A stretch of DNA of 61,708 nucleotides from Chara braunii (GCA_003427395.1 BFEA01000041.1:706583-768290); one strand, 5' to 3'. Numbered from the stretch's first letter, positions 49,261 to 61,643 are shown. Made by a program: numbers and translations. Notes: generated by a model from the letters alone, not told the origin.

Positions 49261-49988
49261 GCGCTCACGTCTCTTTGCGCGCACTTACTGGAAAACCGAG
49301 TCTATACCGCGCCGTTCTAGTAGAGGCCCTCGAAGATTCGAAGAACAGGTCATGGAGATGCAAAATAGGAGAAGCCCAGTGCGATGGCGGTAGAGGACGG
49401 TCGTTATTACGCGCGACAAGGCGTTCCCGACTTGCTGGAGTAAGTTGGCGTAGTCGAGGCTATGGTTGCAATCGAAGACGAAAGCCGGCCGAAGCTCTCT
49501 CAGCCGGACCACGAGCGAGCGAGAGTAACCGCATGCAGAACAGCGAAGTAGTGGTGCATCGCGCGAATTCAGGACTCTTCTTCTTTGCGACTTCAGTCAG
49601 CTGTTATGACGGAGCTGAGCTGAGGACTCACGTCCTCTGCCTTTTTCCGTTGCAATGATTCTGCATGCCACGGAATCCTTGAGGACAGGATAGCTGACCC
49701 CTGACGAAGACCAGCTGCCGACCGGTCGAAACGCGGCGTCGGGTCGCGCCGCCGCGCATCGAAGTGTTTTTCTGATTCTTTTCATACCAACGATACGCAC
49801 CCGCGCTCGCCGCTCGGATTTTGTCGATTCCTTCTTGTGTCTTTTCTCCCCTATTCCTACCATCGTCTGTCCTACCTTCACATCTGCTTGCATGTGTGAT
49901 TGTCAACTTGTGAACACTGTACGTGCTTGAGGACACACCCTCCTCTGCCTTTGTGTTGTTTTTTCCTTCCAATGGTGGACGCGACTTG

Positions 49989-50383
49989 GGGCCTCGCCAC
50001 ACCACACCCCACTTGGGAAAATTTTCGGGAGTGCTCCCGGAAGTGAAAACCCCCTCAGGGAGTGCCCTTCGCCACACTACACTCTAGACCGGGCCGCACT
50101 CAAATTCTGAAAATGTCATTTGCCACATATGGACACGATCAGTGTGAAGCAGTCTGGCAGAAGTCGTTTGTCCCTTCGGGCTCCGCTCCCGAATCTGGGA
50201 TGAAACTCGGAGGAGCGAAGGAGGTCTCTCGAAAAAAAAGCTTTCCAGGCGGGCAGTTCGGGAGTGCTCTCGGGAGGCCCATTCTGACAGCTCCCGAATT
50301 CAATCTGACAGCTTGAACTCGGGAGCTGGTGTGGCGATGCTTCACTCCCGAAAATGGCCAAGTCGGGAGTAGTGTGGCGAGCC
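49989..50383. mobile_element. MITE, possibly PIF/Harbinger-like
   Basis: Imperfect TIR GGCCTCGCCACACCAC..ACTTGG..ATTTTCGGGAGTG versus CACTCCCGAAAATGGCCAAGT..GTAGTGTGGCGAGCC; many CGGGAG/CTCCCG motifs. Confidence 0.55.
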
Positions 50384-51183
50384 TCTTGGTTCCACTGCAT
50401 CACCAATAGCCACGAAATGGAGGCTGTGAGAATTTGGGTGTGAAATCACTTGGCTACGTGCCGCCAAGGCTTTCCATTTCCCCTGCCTGCAACGGCCCTT
50501 CGTGGAGGCTCTACTCCTCACCCCTCCGCGAAATGCTTCGTGTGGCCATTGCCCCTGACACAGCCATCCTGACAGTCGACCTGCGTTGTCCCCTAGTGTT
50601 GGCAAGTTTTAGCTGCACCTGGAGTGATTTCCAGTCCGATTTCATGGTGAAGAGAAGGCGGCCACCGTTCCATTAGCTCGCCATCCACCACAGTCCGCGG
50701 AGCAGGCCGGGACAGCAACCACAGCGCATGTGGCGGCGGAGATGTAATGGAACCAAGACCCTTTTCCCGCCAGACAAATGCAGTTTTCGGCCTCGCCAAG
50801 TCTCGCCACTGTTTGTGGCGGATGGCGAGTATTGGAATGAGGCCCTTATTCATTCATTAATTGTTTTCATACTAGTCTTCGTCAAATACTTGTTGTTTCT
50901 CAATTCTTGGCATCTGCATCTGCCTCTGCTGCGGTTGAAGCTGCTTCGCTGCACGTGTGGTTGACACACTGTTTGCCATTGATTGGCCAGTGCACAGGGG
51001 AGTGGAGTCAGTAGACTTGTCGGAGAATGACGAATGCTCTGCCCGCGGATGGGCTTGTGCCTTGAAGTTCCCGTAAGTCAGACTGTGATGGGCACTTGTT
51101 GCAGGGCCAATGCAGGCCTCTGGGCCTCTGGCTGCTAACTGGCAGGAGAACCACTGCAGGTGTTATCTTGTTCCAAGCGTTAA

Positions 51184-51654
51184 GGGCCTCGTTAGACCCT
51201 CCTTGGGAAGACGATTTTTAGGAATTCGGCATGGTTGCACCGCGTCCTAATCCACCGAATTCCTTGGGTTAACGAGGCCCAAAGTGAAAACGCTCCCGAG
51301 AGATTTCCTTGGGGATCCTCAGAATCGCCAGCCATTGCGTCCTTGGATTCAAGGGTCCTCCTGAGGTCCTTTGGGCTCAAGGAGCCACGATTGATGGAGA
51401 GGAGAGAACACACACGTAGAGGAGATGTTACAACGGTCGAACTGGAATCGTGGCGACACCCTATTGGCTGAAAGCCTCAAGCACAACTGTTTATCTTTTC
51501 CTTTTTTCTTTTTCCCCCCGAAAAAGCTCCAAGGAGGAATCTCTAAGCCGACGCTCCAAGGACACGGTGTAACGATGACGCCGAAAATCATAAATTCATC
51601 AAAGGACTTCCTCCTAATTCCTGAGGATTTTCCAAGTAGGGTGTAACGAGGCCC
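51184..51654. mobile_element. PIF/Harbinger (Tourist-like) MITE
   Basis: TAA|GGGCCTCGTTAGACCCTCCTTGG ... CCAAGTAGGGTGTAACGAGGCCC|TAA. Confidence 0.88.
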
Positions 51655-52370
51655 TAATTCTTACCACGTTAGGCGCTCTTTTTGACTGTTGGTGGGTCCT
51701 TTGTATGCACTGGGACCATGTCCCATATGCACCGTTTAGTTGAGGCAGCTCAACGGTGTGACAGCTAAAAAAATTCATTTTAATTCACTTTCAAATGAAA
51801 AATGCATTTATAAATGGCAGGAATGCAATTGTTCACGTTTTTCATTTTTCACAATTGGGGTGGCATACGGGGCACTTCCACAGCAGAGAATGAAGAGGTG
51901 CCCGAATCCCGTCCAAAAATGGCAAACAGAAACAGAAGGAGGCTCGTACAGTTTCTCTTGAAAAACGCCTGTTGGGGGAACAAGGGGGTCATTGAACTAG
52001 CAGTCTCGAAAAAAGGAGACAGCTAGTTCAACGGAAAGTGGTGAGGGTAGGGGTAGTAGTATTCGAGAGAAAGGATTTATTTCTGTTTTTTGTTGTAAGA
52101 AAAAGCGAAGATGGTCTCTATTGCCCTTTTTATTAAAAACGGACCGTTAGATGAATTGGACGACGTGCATCTCCCTTGTCGCGTACAGTCACACAGGCTC
52201 GAAAACCCCACGTTGACCTAGCTCAATGGAGCTAGTGGGACAAGGTCCCTGTGCAGGGTTTTGTCAGCCGTTTGAGGCTAATGAGAGAACTGAGGCTTTT
52301 TCTACATTGTTCCAGGAATTGGTTTTTGTCCCCTCCTTTTTCTTCTTCTTCTTCTTTTTTTTTTTTAACC

Positions 52371-52402
<32 letters not shown>

Positions 52403-52710
52403 ACGGATGTCCCGAAGGACTTTTTTTTNTTTTTTTTTTTTTTTTTTTTTTTTTAACAATTCAACAATTGCCTTTTTCTTTTTTTCCCTTTTTTTTCCTT
52501 TTTTTTTTATTACAGACGGAAACCGGGTGCGGTGTCCCTTACAAGAAGCAACCTTTATGGCATGATCTGCTGGGCACTGCTGCGAGGTTGCCCCGGTCCT
52601 GGTCACCAATCGAACTTTAAAAAAAAAAAAAAAAAAAAATGCACAGACAGTTGCAGTGCCCCTATACCTATGAACCTAATAATGGGGAAAAGGAGAGAGT
52701 TGATAGCCGG

Positions 52711-52880
52711 GGGCCAAGTCCCACTAGCAGCGTTGAGCTACCTCAACGCCTGAATCTGGCTGGACGTGTTTTGCGGAGAGGTGCAGTTCAGGAAACTCAA
52801 CATCATTTCTGCACATCTCCGCAAAAGCGTCCACATTCAGGCGTTGAGGTAGCTCAACACTGCTAGTGGGACTTGGTCCC
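52711..52880. mobile_element. Near-perfect hairpin MITE, PIF/Harbinger-like
   Basis: GGGCCAAGTCCCACTAGCAGCGTTGAGCTACCTCAACGCCTGAAT and its inverse; 3-bp TSD CGG. Confidence 0.85.
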
Positions 52881-53552
52881 CGGGGGAGGAAGAAGAAGAC
52901 AAGGAAACTATAGAAGGGCAAAATTACAGAACAAGAAGCAATTAGCAGCCAGTCAGCCCCCAGGAATCTATTTTTGTCCCCTGTTCTGTACTTGATGGTT
53001 TTTTTATGTGCAGACTCTGATTGCTTCTACTAATTTGGAATTGGGTCTACGTTTTTGGAATTTGTGGACACCCTAATTCCGTCGTTTTAGGTGTTGTGAA
53101 TTGGGAATTACGGGTACTAACCCTAACTACGACATTCATTGAGGTGTGAACCTTTCTTTTTATCTGTAAAGGTTTGGTCTTTTGAATACGGGGCCCAGTG
53201 CCCAAGGCTATACATGGAATAGTTTTCATGGGCAGACGGTTGAGGTGTGACTTAGGAGGAACTGCTAGGGACCCGCCCTAATTAGGACCTTGGTCAAGGA
53301 GTTTGTTTGGACTCTAATTAGGAAATAGGAGGGAAAAAAAAAAAAAAAAAAAAAAGGAAATAGGAGAATTTGTTTGGTAGTCGGAGGGAATTTTCTTAGA
53401 TTTGTTTTTGGAATTGTGGATGGCAGTTTCTACAGGTGAGGGGCTCCACTCAAGGAAGTGGGATTGGAGACCTTGCGACGCCTGAATTTGTAGCTCTTTG
53501 AGGTGTTATTTCTGCCTTCGGCACTGGGCCCTAATAAAACTACTGTTCATTG

Positions 53553-53660
53553 TAAAAAAAATAAAAAATAAAAAAAAAGTATTTGATCCAGGCACTCCGG
53601 GCCGGTTCATGCAGAGGTCGTCTTTTCATTATAGAAACTGGAAATCGGGTCCAGCATCCA
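53553..53660 (-). repeat. Degenerate LINE 3'-end module (subfamily of 45451)
   Basis: Reverse complement GGATGCTGGACCCGATTTCCAG..ATGAACCGGCCCGGAGTGCCTGGATCA. Confidence 0.5.
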
Positions 53661-53927
53661 GACGAACTGCGATCAACAAGCCCCGACAGAGCACCATTTA
53701 CAATCCAGGAATATCTGAGTAGACCAAGGACACCAGTACACAACAAGATGAGCTAAAAACTAAAACCAAAAGAGTTGAAAAGACCAATCAAAGAAAAAAA
53801 AGGAATAGAAGCGAATTTCCAGAAAGCCGCCAGGGGACATCATAGCAGTGAAGAACAAGGCCGAGAACTGCTCCCAAACCTGCAAGAAGGTCCGCACGCA
53901 ATGCCTTGCATGAGACACCTTTACGTT

Positions 53928-54085
53928 GTACCTTAAGAGCCCATTCAGCGGAAATGGTTTGCTTGATGTTAAACGTCACCTCAGCTTGCACCATAGGGCC
54001 TAGCGGTACCTTAATTAAGGGCCCATTCAGCGGAAATGGTTTGCTTGATGTTAAACTTCACCTCAGCTTGCGCCATAGGGCCTAC
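53928..54085. repeat. About 80-bp tandem duplication
   Basis: GCCCATTCAGCGGAAATGGTTTGCTTGATGTTAAAC..CACCTCAGCTTGC.CCATAGGGCCTA twice. Confidence 0.9.
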
Positions 54086-55077
54086 TAGGCCGCTAGCCGG
54101 GGTGAGTCGCTCCTGTCGGCGGACCACTGAATTCCTCAACGTCCACAAAATTAAGTCCAAAGTATCGCACCCTGCAGAATTTATTTCGCGCGCGGTAGTG
54201 GTGCCCATGCCGTGCATCGCCTAGCTGCCGAACCCAACAAAATAAAGGCATCTGACCTTCTAACTAGTGTTAGCCTTTTGTTTGATAAGGATTCTATCTT
54301 TTGAACCGTTTCTTAACAGCTGCATGTGCTTTTTTTAAAGTTTTTTCCCCCTTTTCTTTCTTTTTCTTACTTTTTTTTTTACCCCCCACTTCTGCATGTG
54401 TGTACCGTGCACGGCGTGCAGCCCTGACATGTGTGTACCATTTGTCAACTACGTGTGCATACCCATTCCACCAGATGCGGTGCGTATTCAGGACACAGTT
54501 CTTTCCTTTTTTTTTTTTTTAAGGACACACTGCCCTCTCAGCATGGGGAGTTTTCATTATCCGGCGACCTTGTTCAGTTGGTAAGGCACGCGAGTGGCAT
54601 TCAGGAGCTCTTGGGTTCAGTCGGCCTCATGTACCTTCCTGGGCATGCTTGGCGCCTGCCATCTGGAGATAGCCCGAGGTCCCACGACCGGCATTGAAGC
54701 AGAGACGGCTGATGTTCGTAGGGGAAGGGGACCGGAGGGGAGGCACACTGGCACAGAGACTGGCCCAATGAAGAAGCTCGGCCCTAATACTACAGGCTGA
54801 GCCCCGGCGGGTATCTCCCACCTGCAGGTCGGGTGCAGCCCCCGCATGTTCCATTGTTGGAGGCTTGAACTCAGGCTGGCTGCTACAGGGTTCCCGTAAT
54901 TATGCTATAATGATAATAAAAATGGCCTGAGAGGCTGTCCTGCCCAGATTAGACAGGTATTAATTGAATTGTTTGGGCTTCGAAGAATTAGCCCTTGAAA
55001 AGAAAAGAAAAAAAAACAGAAGTTTTCTCTTTTTTTAATCACACCACCAGTCCTTTGCTTGGGGATCAACCCTACCA

Positions 55078-55233
55078 GGGGCGACGTCCCACTAGCAAAG
55101 AGGATTGGATTGAACTCCTGAAGGTTGAGAAGTGCAAAACATAGAGATTGAACTGCTTTTCTGCATCTGTGCTTGAAATACAACCAAATTGAGGAGCTTA
55201 ATCCAATCCTCTTTGCTAGTGAGAACTCGCCCC
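55078..55233. mobile_element. Hairpin MITE (GTCCCACTAGCA family), followed by a TTAA|ACCACCAGTAC end at 55240-55254
   Basis: CACTAGCAAAGAGGATTGGATT / AATCCAATCCTCTTTGCTAGTG. Confidence 0.7.
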
Positions 55234-56507
55234 ATGGGGTTAAACCACCAGTACACGGCCTCTGTGATAAGCCAAGCTCCGCACTTCGCGGCTTCACGTA
55301 CCCTTCCGTATAAACCCCAAAGTATGGATCTTCACTAGTTACTAAGGAAGGGGTCCGTCTAGAATTTTGGAAGGCCATCTGCGTGCAACTCTTGAGTTTT
55401 GCCCCTGTCCTTGTTCAGATTGGTCTCGCACGGCCAATTAGTGACCACGTGGGAATTTCAAGAAAACGGTTGCAAATTCAGTTGACGGTGCTTTTAATTT
55501 CTTTGATCAAATATGTGCGCACACGGCCATTTTTTATTTTTGCTTGCTACGCAAAGCTCGCTTCCCGCTTTGTGCGCGCATGACAACCTCTGTTCTTGCT
55601 ATACTTCGTCTCCCCGCACCCCTTCGTCTTCCTCTCACCCCCTCGTCCTATTCTCCCCTGTGCCCTTCAGCATGATTGATTGGTCGCCAGTTGAAATGGC
55701 CGGACAAAGCCGTAAGAGCGAATTCACGAGTGCGGCTTGAACGACCACCTCAATTGTGTGAAAATTCAGATCGTCCCGCCTTGCTCGACCATCCAAAAAT
55801 TACCAAAATCGTCCTTCTTCTGTCCTCCTCAGCTACACCCCTCGCTGCCCTCATTATACGCTGGTGCCCCGCCGCCTTCCACACTATATAAATTTGTGCA
55901 GCCCCTTCCTCTCCCTCTCTTTGATCTTTGCTGCAATGTTGTGCGGGCTACCCACAAACACTGCCCTGCGTGCAAGCGCCACTTGTCAACTTCCCCGCTC
56001 ACCGGTGTGCATGCTCAAGCAACCAGAGACATCGCGTATGAGGATTTAGTCTTTTCACCCGATCTCCCTGCCTTCCGGCCATCGAGGTTTTGTCATGGTG
56101 GCAATTTTGTTTGGAATCATCATGTGTGTCAGCTGGCATTTTTGGTAACGGGAGTGGGTGGCGTAGGACAAGTTGAGACTTGTATGGGGATGAGGTTTGC
56201 CAATCTGAGTGTGAGCGTGGGTAACTGCCTGTGCTCGAACCTCGCCTCTATCCGCCATAGCGACCTTCCTCCTTTTCCGATCGCAAACGAGGACGGCCTT
56301 TACTCCGATGTGGATGTGCGAAGGACATTATTGCGGACCGATCAGGTTCAATTCTATAACCCGTCGAAGGCGTGTCATTTAGGGGGAGCGGGGAATGTTC
56401 TGATGGATTGGTATGCCTCCCCGTCTCTGATTTTGCCATGCACCAATTTGACGGTGCTTCCCTGGTCTGCAGCACATGCCACGTGGAAGCCCCAGTTTAA
56501 CCGCTGC

Positions 56508-59049
56508 CTGTGTGTCCGAAAACGGATTCAACGGGGGGTCCACGTTGAATGATTCAATGCGTGTTGCGTTTCTGTTGATTTGGCGTTTAAACGCCAAAGC
56601 AACGTGTTTCACCGGGACCCGCAATGATTTTTTTTTTTTGGCTACAAAGTAACCAAAAAAAAACAAAAAATATGCGGCTGTAGATGTTTTTGAGGTCTAC
56701 AACCTCGTATTTTTATTTTTATTGTTTGAGCTTTGAGTATATTTTTTTAAAAATCAAAAACATAAACACAATGAAAAAAACAAAAACAAAAGATGAAATG
56801 AGTGTTTTTTTTTTGGCTTTCACAGAGATTTTTTTGGGGCTATGAGGAGGGTGACGCCTTCGCGCTCGAATACCGCCGTTGCATCCCGCCTGTGGGCCCT
56901 CCTCCTTGCCTGTTGGTAAGCATGGGTGAGATTTGGATGGTGTTCTATTCCCCCCCCTCCCTTATATTGAAATTGCAAGCAGGTCAGGCCATTCGCGCCT
57001 GGTCTTAGATATGGAACCCTTATGAGTGTACTGCTGCTGTGCTTATCTTCCTTGGCGATTGGAGAGGTTTCCGGATGGTTGCGCTGCTGTCGACTTATGC
57101 TGCGGAAACTGAGATGGGATTTCGACTGCATCTCGACATGTGGAGCATTGAGATATCNNNNNNNNNNNNNNNNNNNNNNNNNNNNNNNNNNNNNNNNNNN
57201 NNNNNNNNNNNNNNNNNNNNNNNNNNNNNNNNNNNNNNNNNNNNNNNNNNNNNNNNNNNNNNNNNNNNNNNNNNNNNNNNNNNNNNNNNNNNNNNNNNNN
57301 NNNNNNNNNNNNNNNNNNNNNNNNNNNNNNNNNNNNNNNNNNNNNNNNNNNNNNNNNNNNNNNNNNNNNNNNNNNNNNNNNNNNNNNNNNNNNNNNNNNN
57401 NNNNNNNNNNNNNNNNNNNNNNNNNNNNNNNNNNNNNNNNNNNNNNNNNNNNNNNNNNNNNNNNNNNNNNNNNNNNNNNNNNNNNNNNNNNNNNNNNNNN
57501 NNNNNNNNNNNNNNNNNNNNNNNNNNNNNNNNNNNNNNNNNNNNNNNNNNNNNNNNNNNNNNNNNNNNNNNNNNNNNNNNNNNNNNNNNNNNNNNNNNNN
57601 NNNNNNNNNNNNNNNNNNNNNNNNNNNNNNNNNNNNNNNNNNNNNNNNNNNNNNNNNNNNNNNNNNNNNNNNNNNNNNNNNNNNNNNNNNNNNNNNNNNN
57701 NNNNNNNNNNNNNNNNNNNNNNNNNNNNNNNNNNNNNNNNNNNNNNNNNNNNNNNNNNNNNNNNNNNNNNNNNNNNNNNNNNNNNNNNNNNNNNNNNNNN
57801 NNNNNNNNNNNNNNNNNNNNNNNNNNNNNNNNNNNNNNNNNNNNNNNNNNNNNNNNNNNNNNNNNNNNNNNNNNNNNNNNNNNNNNNNNNNNNNNNNNNN
57901 NNNNNNNNNNNNNNNNNNNNNNNNNNNNNNNNNNNNNNNNNNNNNNNNNNNNNNNNNNNNNNNNNNNNNNNNNNNNNNNNNNNNNNNNNNNNNNNNNNNN
58001 NNNNNNNNNNNNNNNNNNNNNNNNNNNNNNNNNNNNNNNNNNNNNNNNNNNNNNNNNNNNNNNNNNNNNNNNNNNNNNNNNNNNNNNNNNNNNNNNNNNN
58101 NNNNNNNNNNNNNNNNNNNNNNNNNNNNNNNNNNNNNNNNNNNNNNNNNNNNGCATGAGCTTTGCCTGGCCGGAGTGCCTCGCTCAGCTCAGGGCTGCGG
58201 CGACTTTTTGTAAGGGACGCCGGGCCCATTTCCCGGCTTGATGTTAATAAAGCTTGATCTTCTTCCAAAAAAAAAAAAAAAAAAAAAGCAGAAAAACAAG
58301 TTTAAAATATAAGGTTATAGATATAGGGTTATAGATCTTTCAAGGATGGACAACAACATTTTTTATTTTATTTTTCTAGCTTCACGTATTAAAAAAAAAA
58401 AAAAAAACATAAAAAAAAGGAAAAAAAGGAAAAAAAGACACGCCCCACACACACTGACACAGACACCACACACAAACACACATGAACACACACATACACA
58501 CACCAACAATCATGCGCACACACACACCTACACTTACAAACACACATACAGAAACACATGCGCACACCCACATATTCATGCACATTCACACTCTCACACA
58601 CATGCACACACATACACACATACGCGCGCACAACACACCCGCACACAAGTAACTGGAGGGGGTGAGGGTTGGGGGATCTGGGGGCGGATTATGGGGGGTG
58701 GGGGGGTGTTTTGGGGCGGGGTGAATGCTTTTATTTTTTTCTTTTCTTAATCATGTGGGGACGTTGGGCGACATGTCCGTGTGTGGGGGCTGTAAGGGGT
58801 CGAAGGGGTGCTCGGGGGGGCCGCGTGCGTAGGGAAAATAGGGGGGTAGAGGGAATGCACGGGAGAGGGGAGGACAGCAGGATGGGGTGGGGGAAGGGGG
58901 GTTGGGCCTTGTAGTGGTTTAGAGGGCTTCCGGGTAGGTTTGGGGACTGGTGCCGGGGGGTTACGGTGGTGGGTGCCAGGCCGATCGGTGTCGGTCTTAT
59001 TCGGTGGTATGGGGGGTGCTTTGGGGGTTGGGGGATTGTTTTTTTTATT

Positions 59050-59085
<36 letters not shown>

Positions 59086-59269
59086 GGGCCACGTGTCCAA
59101 GCCCCCACGCACCATTTCAGTTTTTCCGAAAAGCGCTGGAGCGGCCCATTTTCGCATGTAACGGGAATTCAACAGGATTTTTTCAGTTTCAACGGGATTC
59201 AACGAGAGTTTTTCAGTTTCAACAGGATTCAACAGGAGTTTAATTACCCCATTCCCCGTTGACACACAG
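56508..59269. mobile_element. Possible DNA-transposon ends CTGTGTGTC...GACACACAG with ATTCAAC subterminal repeats (spans a gap)
   Basis: 9-bp TIR; GGATTCAAC repeats at both ends (30-bp tandem at 59160-59240); flanking 8-mers do not match, so these may be two copies. Confidence 0.4.
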
Positions 59270-59819
59270 ATTGCCGCTGGTGCCGGCTAGGAAAATCGTG
59301 TTCCTGGCGGAGGTTGGTGCTGGGGTATGAAGGGCCCATCCGGTTCCCGGATCTTTTCCGTAACGCGGGAGCTCTTCCAGCGAACTTCCGGACCTGGGGT
59401 ACGGGAAGCTGGGCGGGGTTGCATATCAGCCTTGCAGAAGAACGTGAGTTGCCAACTCTGAAAGTTTGGCCACTTGGGGACTATGTAGCACCCAAGGCCG
59501 CGGATCCTACGGCCTAGGCCGCGGCCGAGGAGGCCGGCCGTGGGCCCGTGGCCAAGGCCGCGCGGCCGAGTTTCCGCGCGGCCATGCCACAGCCAGGCGG
59601 GGGCGCGCGCAGAAAATCGGCATGCGCACATCGACCTCTCACGACCTGCACAAAAACAAATAATTTTTTTTGAAATTTTGGGGGTTGGTTTTTGGTAAGT
59701 AACAAAAATAATTTAAAAAATAGAAAAAAAAATAAATTTTCATTGATTGATTTTTTTTTTATTATTGATTGATTGATTGATTGATTGGTGGGGGAGGGGT
59801 CCTCCCTCCCCTCCCTGTC

Positions 59820-59860
<41 letters not shown>

Positions 59861-60489
59861 CGCGCACAAACACACGTCACGCACACACAACACACGCGCA
59901 CAAACACACACACANNNNNNNNNNNNNNNNNNNNNNNNNNNNNNNNNNNNNNNNNNNNNNNNNNNNNNNNNNNNNNNNNNNNNNNNNNNNNNNNNNNNNN
60001 NNNNNNNNNNNNNNNNNNNNNNNNNNNNNNNNNNNNNNNNNNNNNNNNNNNNNNNNNNNNNNNNNNNNNNNNNNNNNNNNNNNNNNNNNNNNNNNNNNNN
60101 NNNNNNNNNNNNNNNNNNNNNNNNNNNNNNNNNNNNNNNNNNNNNNNNNNNNNNNNNNNNNNNNNNNNNNNNNNNNNNNNNNNNNNNNNNNNNNNNNNNN
60201 NNNNNNNNNNNNNNNNNNNNNNNNNNNNNNNNNNNNNNNNNNNNNNNNNNNNNNNNNNNNNNNNNNNNNNNNNNNNNNNNNNNNNNNNNNNNNNNNNNNN
60301 NNNNNNNNNNNNNNNNNNNNNNNNNNNNNNNNNNNNNNNNNNNNNNNNNNNNNNNNNNNNNNNNNNNNNNNNNNNNNNNNNNNNNNNNNNNNNNNNNNNN
60401 NNNNNNNNNNNNNNNNNNNNNNNNNNNNNNNNNNNNNNNNNNNNNNNNNNNNNNNNNNNNNNNNNNNNNNNNNNNNNNNNNNNNCACAA

Positions 60490-60528
<39 letters not shown>

Positions 60529-60885
60529 TCAAATCAACCAATCAATCAATCAAATCATATCAATCAATCACTCAACCAATCAATCAATCAAATCTTTTTT
60601 TTGTTGATTTATTTCAAATTTTGCATCTTCATTTTTTTTAAACACCTAATTCCTCTACAAAAAAACAAAAATCATTTCTAAACAAAATACAGCACAACTC
60701 AGGGACCATATCCCTCATTATAAAAAATGCCAAAAAGAAATTCCTGCTTTTTTTTTTTTTTCATATTTTGTTTAAATCGAATTTTGTTTTTCATTTTTAA
60801 AAAATCTTAAACGAAGTCGGATTCCAAAATAAAAAACGTACGATTGTAGGGTTTTCCAAGCCCTACACCCCTATATATATATATA

Positions 60886-61640
60886 CAGGGTTGCCAGGCC
60901 GAACGTACGGAGGCCCCTAAGCTGACCCCCGAACGTTCGGGCGTTCGGGTCCCCGTACGAGGCCCGAACTCGAAGGGGTTTGGACCCCGCAAAACAATAT
61001 TTTGGCACCTAAGACTTATTATTTGTTTCTGATTTTTTTTTTGTGAGTTCTCTGTTATGTAAGCTAACTGTCTCTCAATTTTGAAGTCATTCTGCGGGGC
61101 CAAACAATAATTAAAAATCGTCACAGAAGGTGGTGTCAAAACTTGCTTTCCCACTAACTAATTTGTTTTTTTTCTCTTTTCACTTTTTGTTTTCCTTTTA
61201 TTTCGAGGCCTGAAAAAAATTATTATTTTTTCAAACTTTATTTGTAGGTTCTCTATTATGTAAGATACGTATGTATAAAATTTCATGGCATTTTACAAAG
61301 CCAAAAAAAAAATGAAAAATCGCCAAAGATGGCGGGGTCAAAAACTTGCTCGCCCACACAATAATTTCATTCTCGTTTTTTTTTTTTTTTCATTAATATT
61401 ATTTATTTTTCATATTTGATTTTTATTTCAAATTTGGTAAGGAATTTGTATATACTGTTGAGGTGAATGTTGTTTAGTTTATTTTCTGCATGACATAGTT
61501 TTTTTTCAGAATTTTTGGAAACCTTTTTGTTTTTTTTTTTGTTTCCGCGTTCGACCGAACGTCCGAACGCGTCAAGAGGGGGTCCCAAACGTTCGGGCAT
61601 TCGGGTTCGGGCATTCGGCCCGTCCCGAACGCCGGCAACC

Positions 61641-61643
<3 letters not shown>
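60886..61643. mobile_element. hAT-type non-autonomous element inserted in a (TA)n tract
   Basis: TIR CAGGGTTGCC/GGCAACCCTG; TATATATA on both sides; CCGAAC/GTTCGG subterminal repeats. Confidence 0.85.

Noticed and set aside
49098-49268. 57-aa N-terminal extension of the Kazal ORF (THTH/ERER)
   Set aside because: Microsatellite translation from a non-ATG start; the signal peptide begins at ATG 49097 or 49079
34481-60681. Long ORFs of 225-694 aa in the ORF track spanning N runs
   Set aside because: Open only because of gaps; only the N-terminal part of 37182..39266 is real (LINE-C ORF2)
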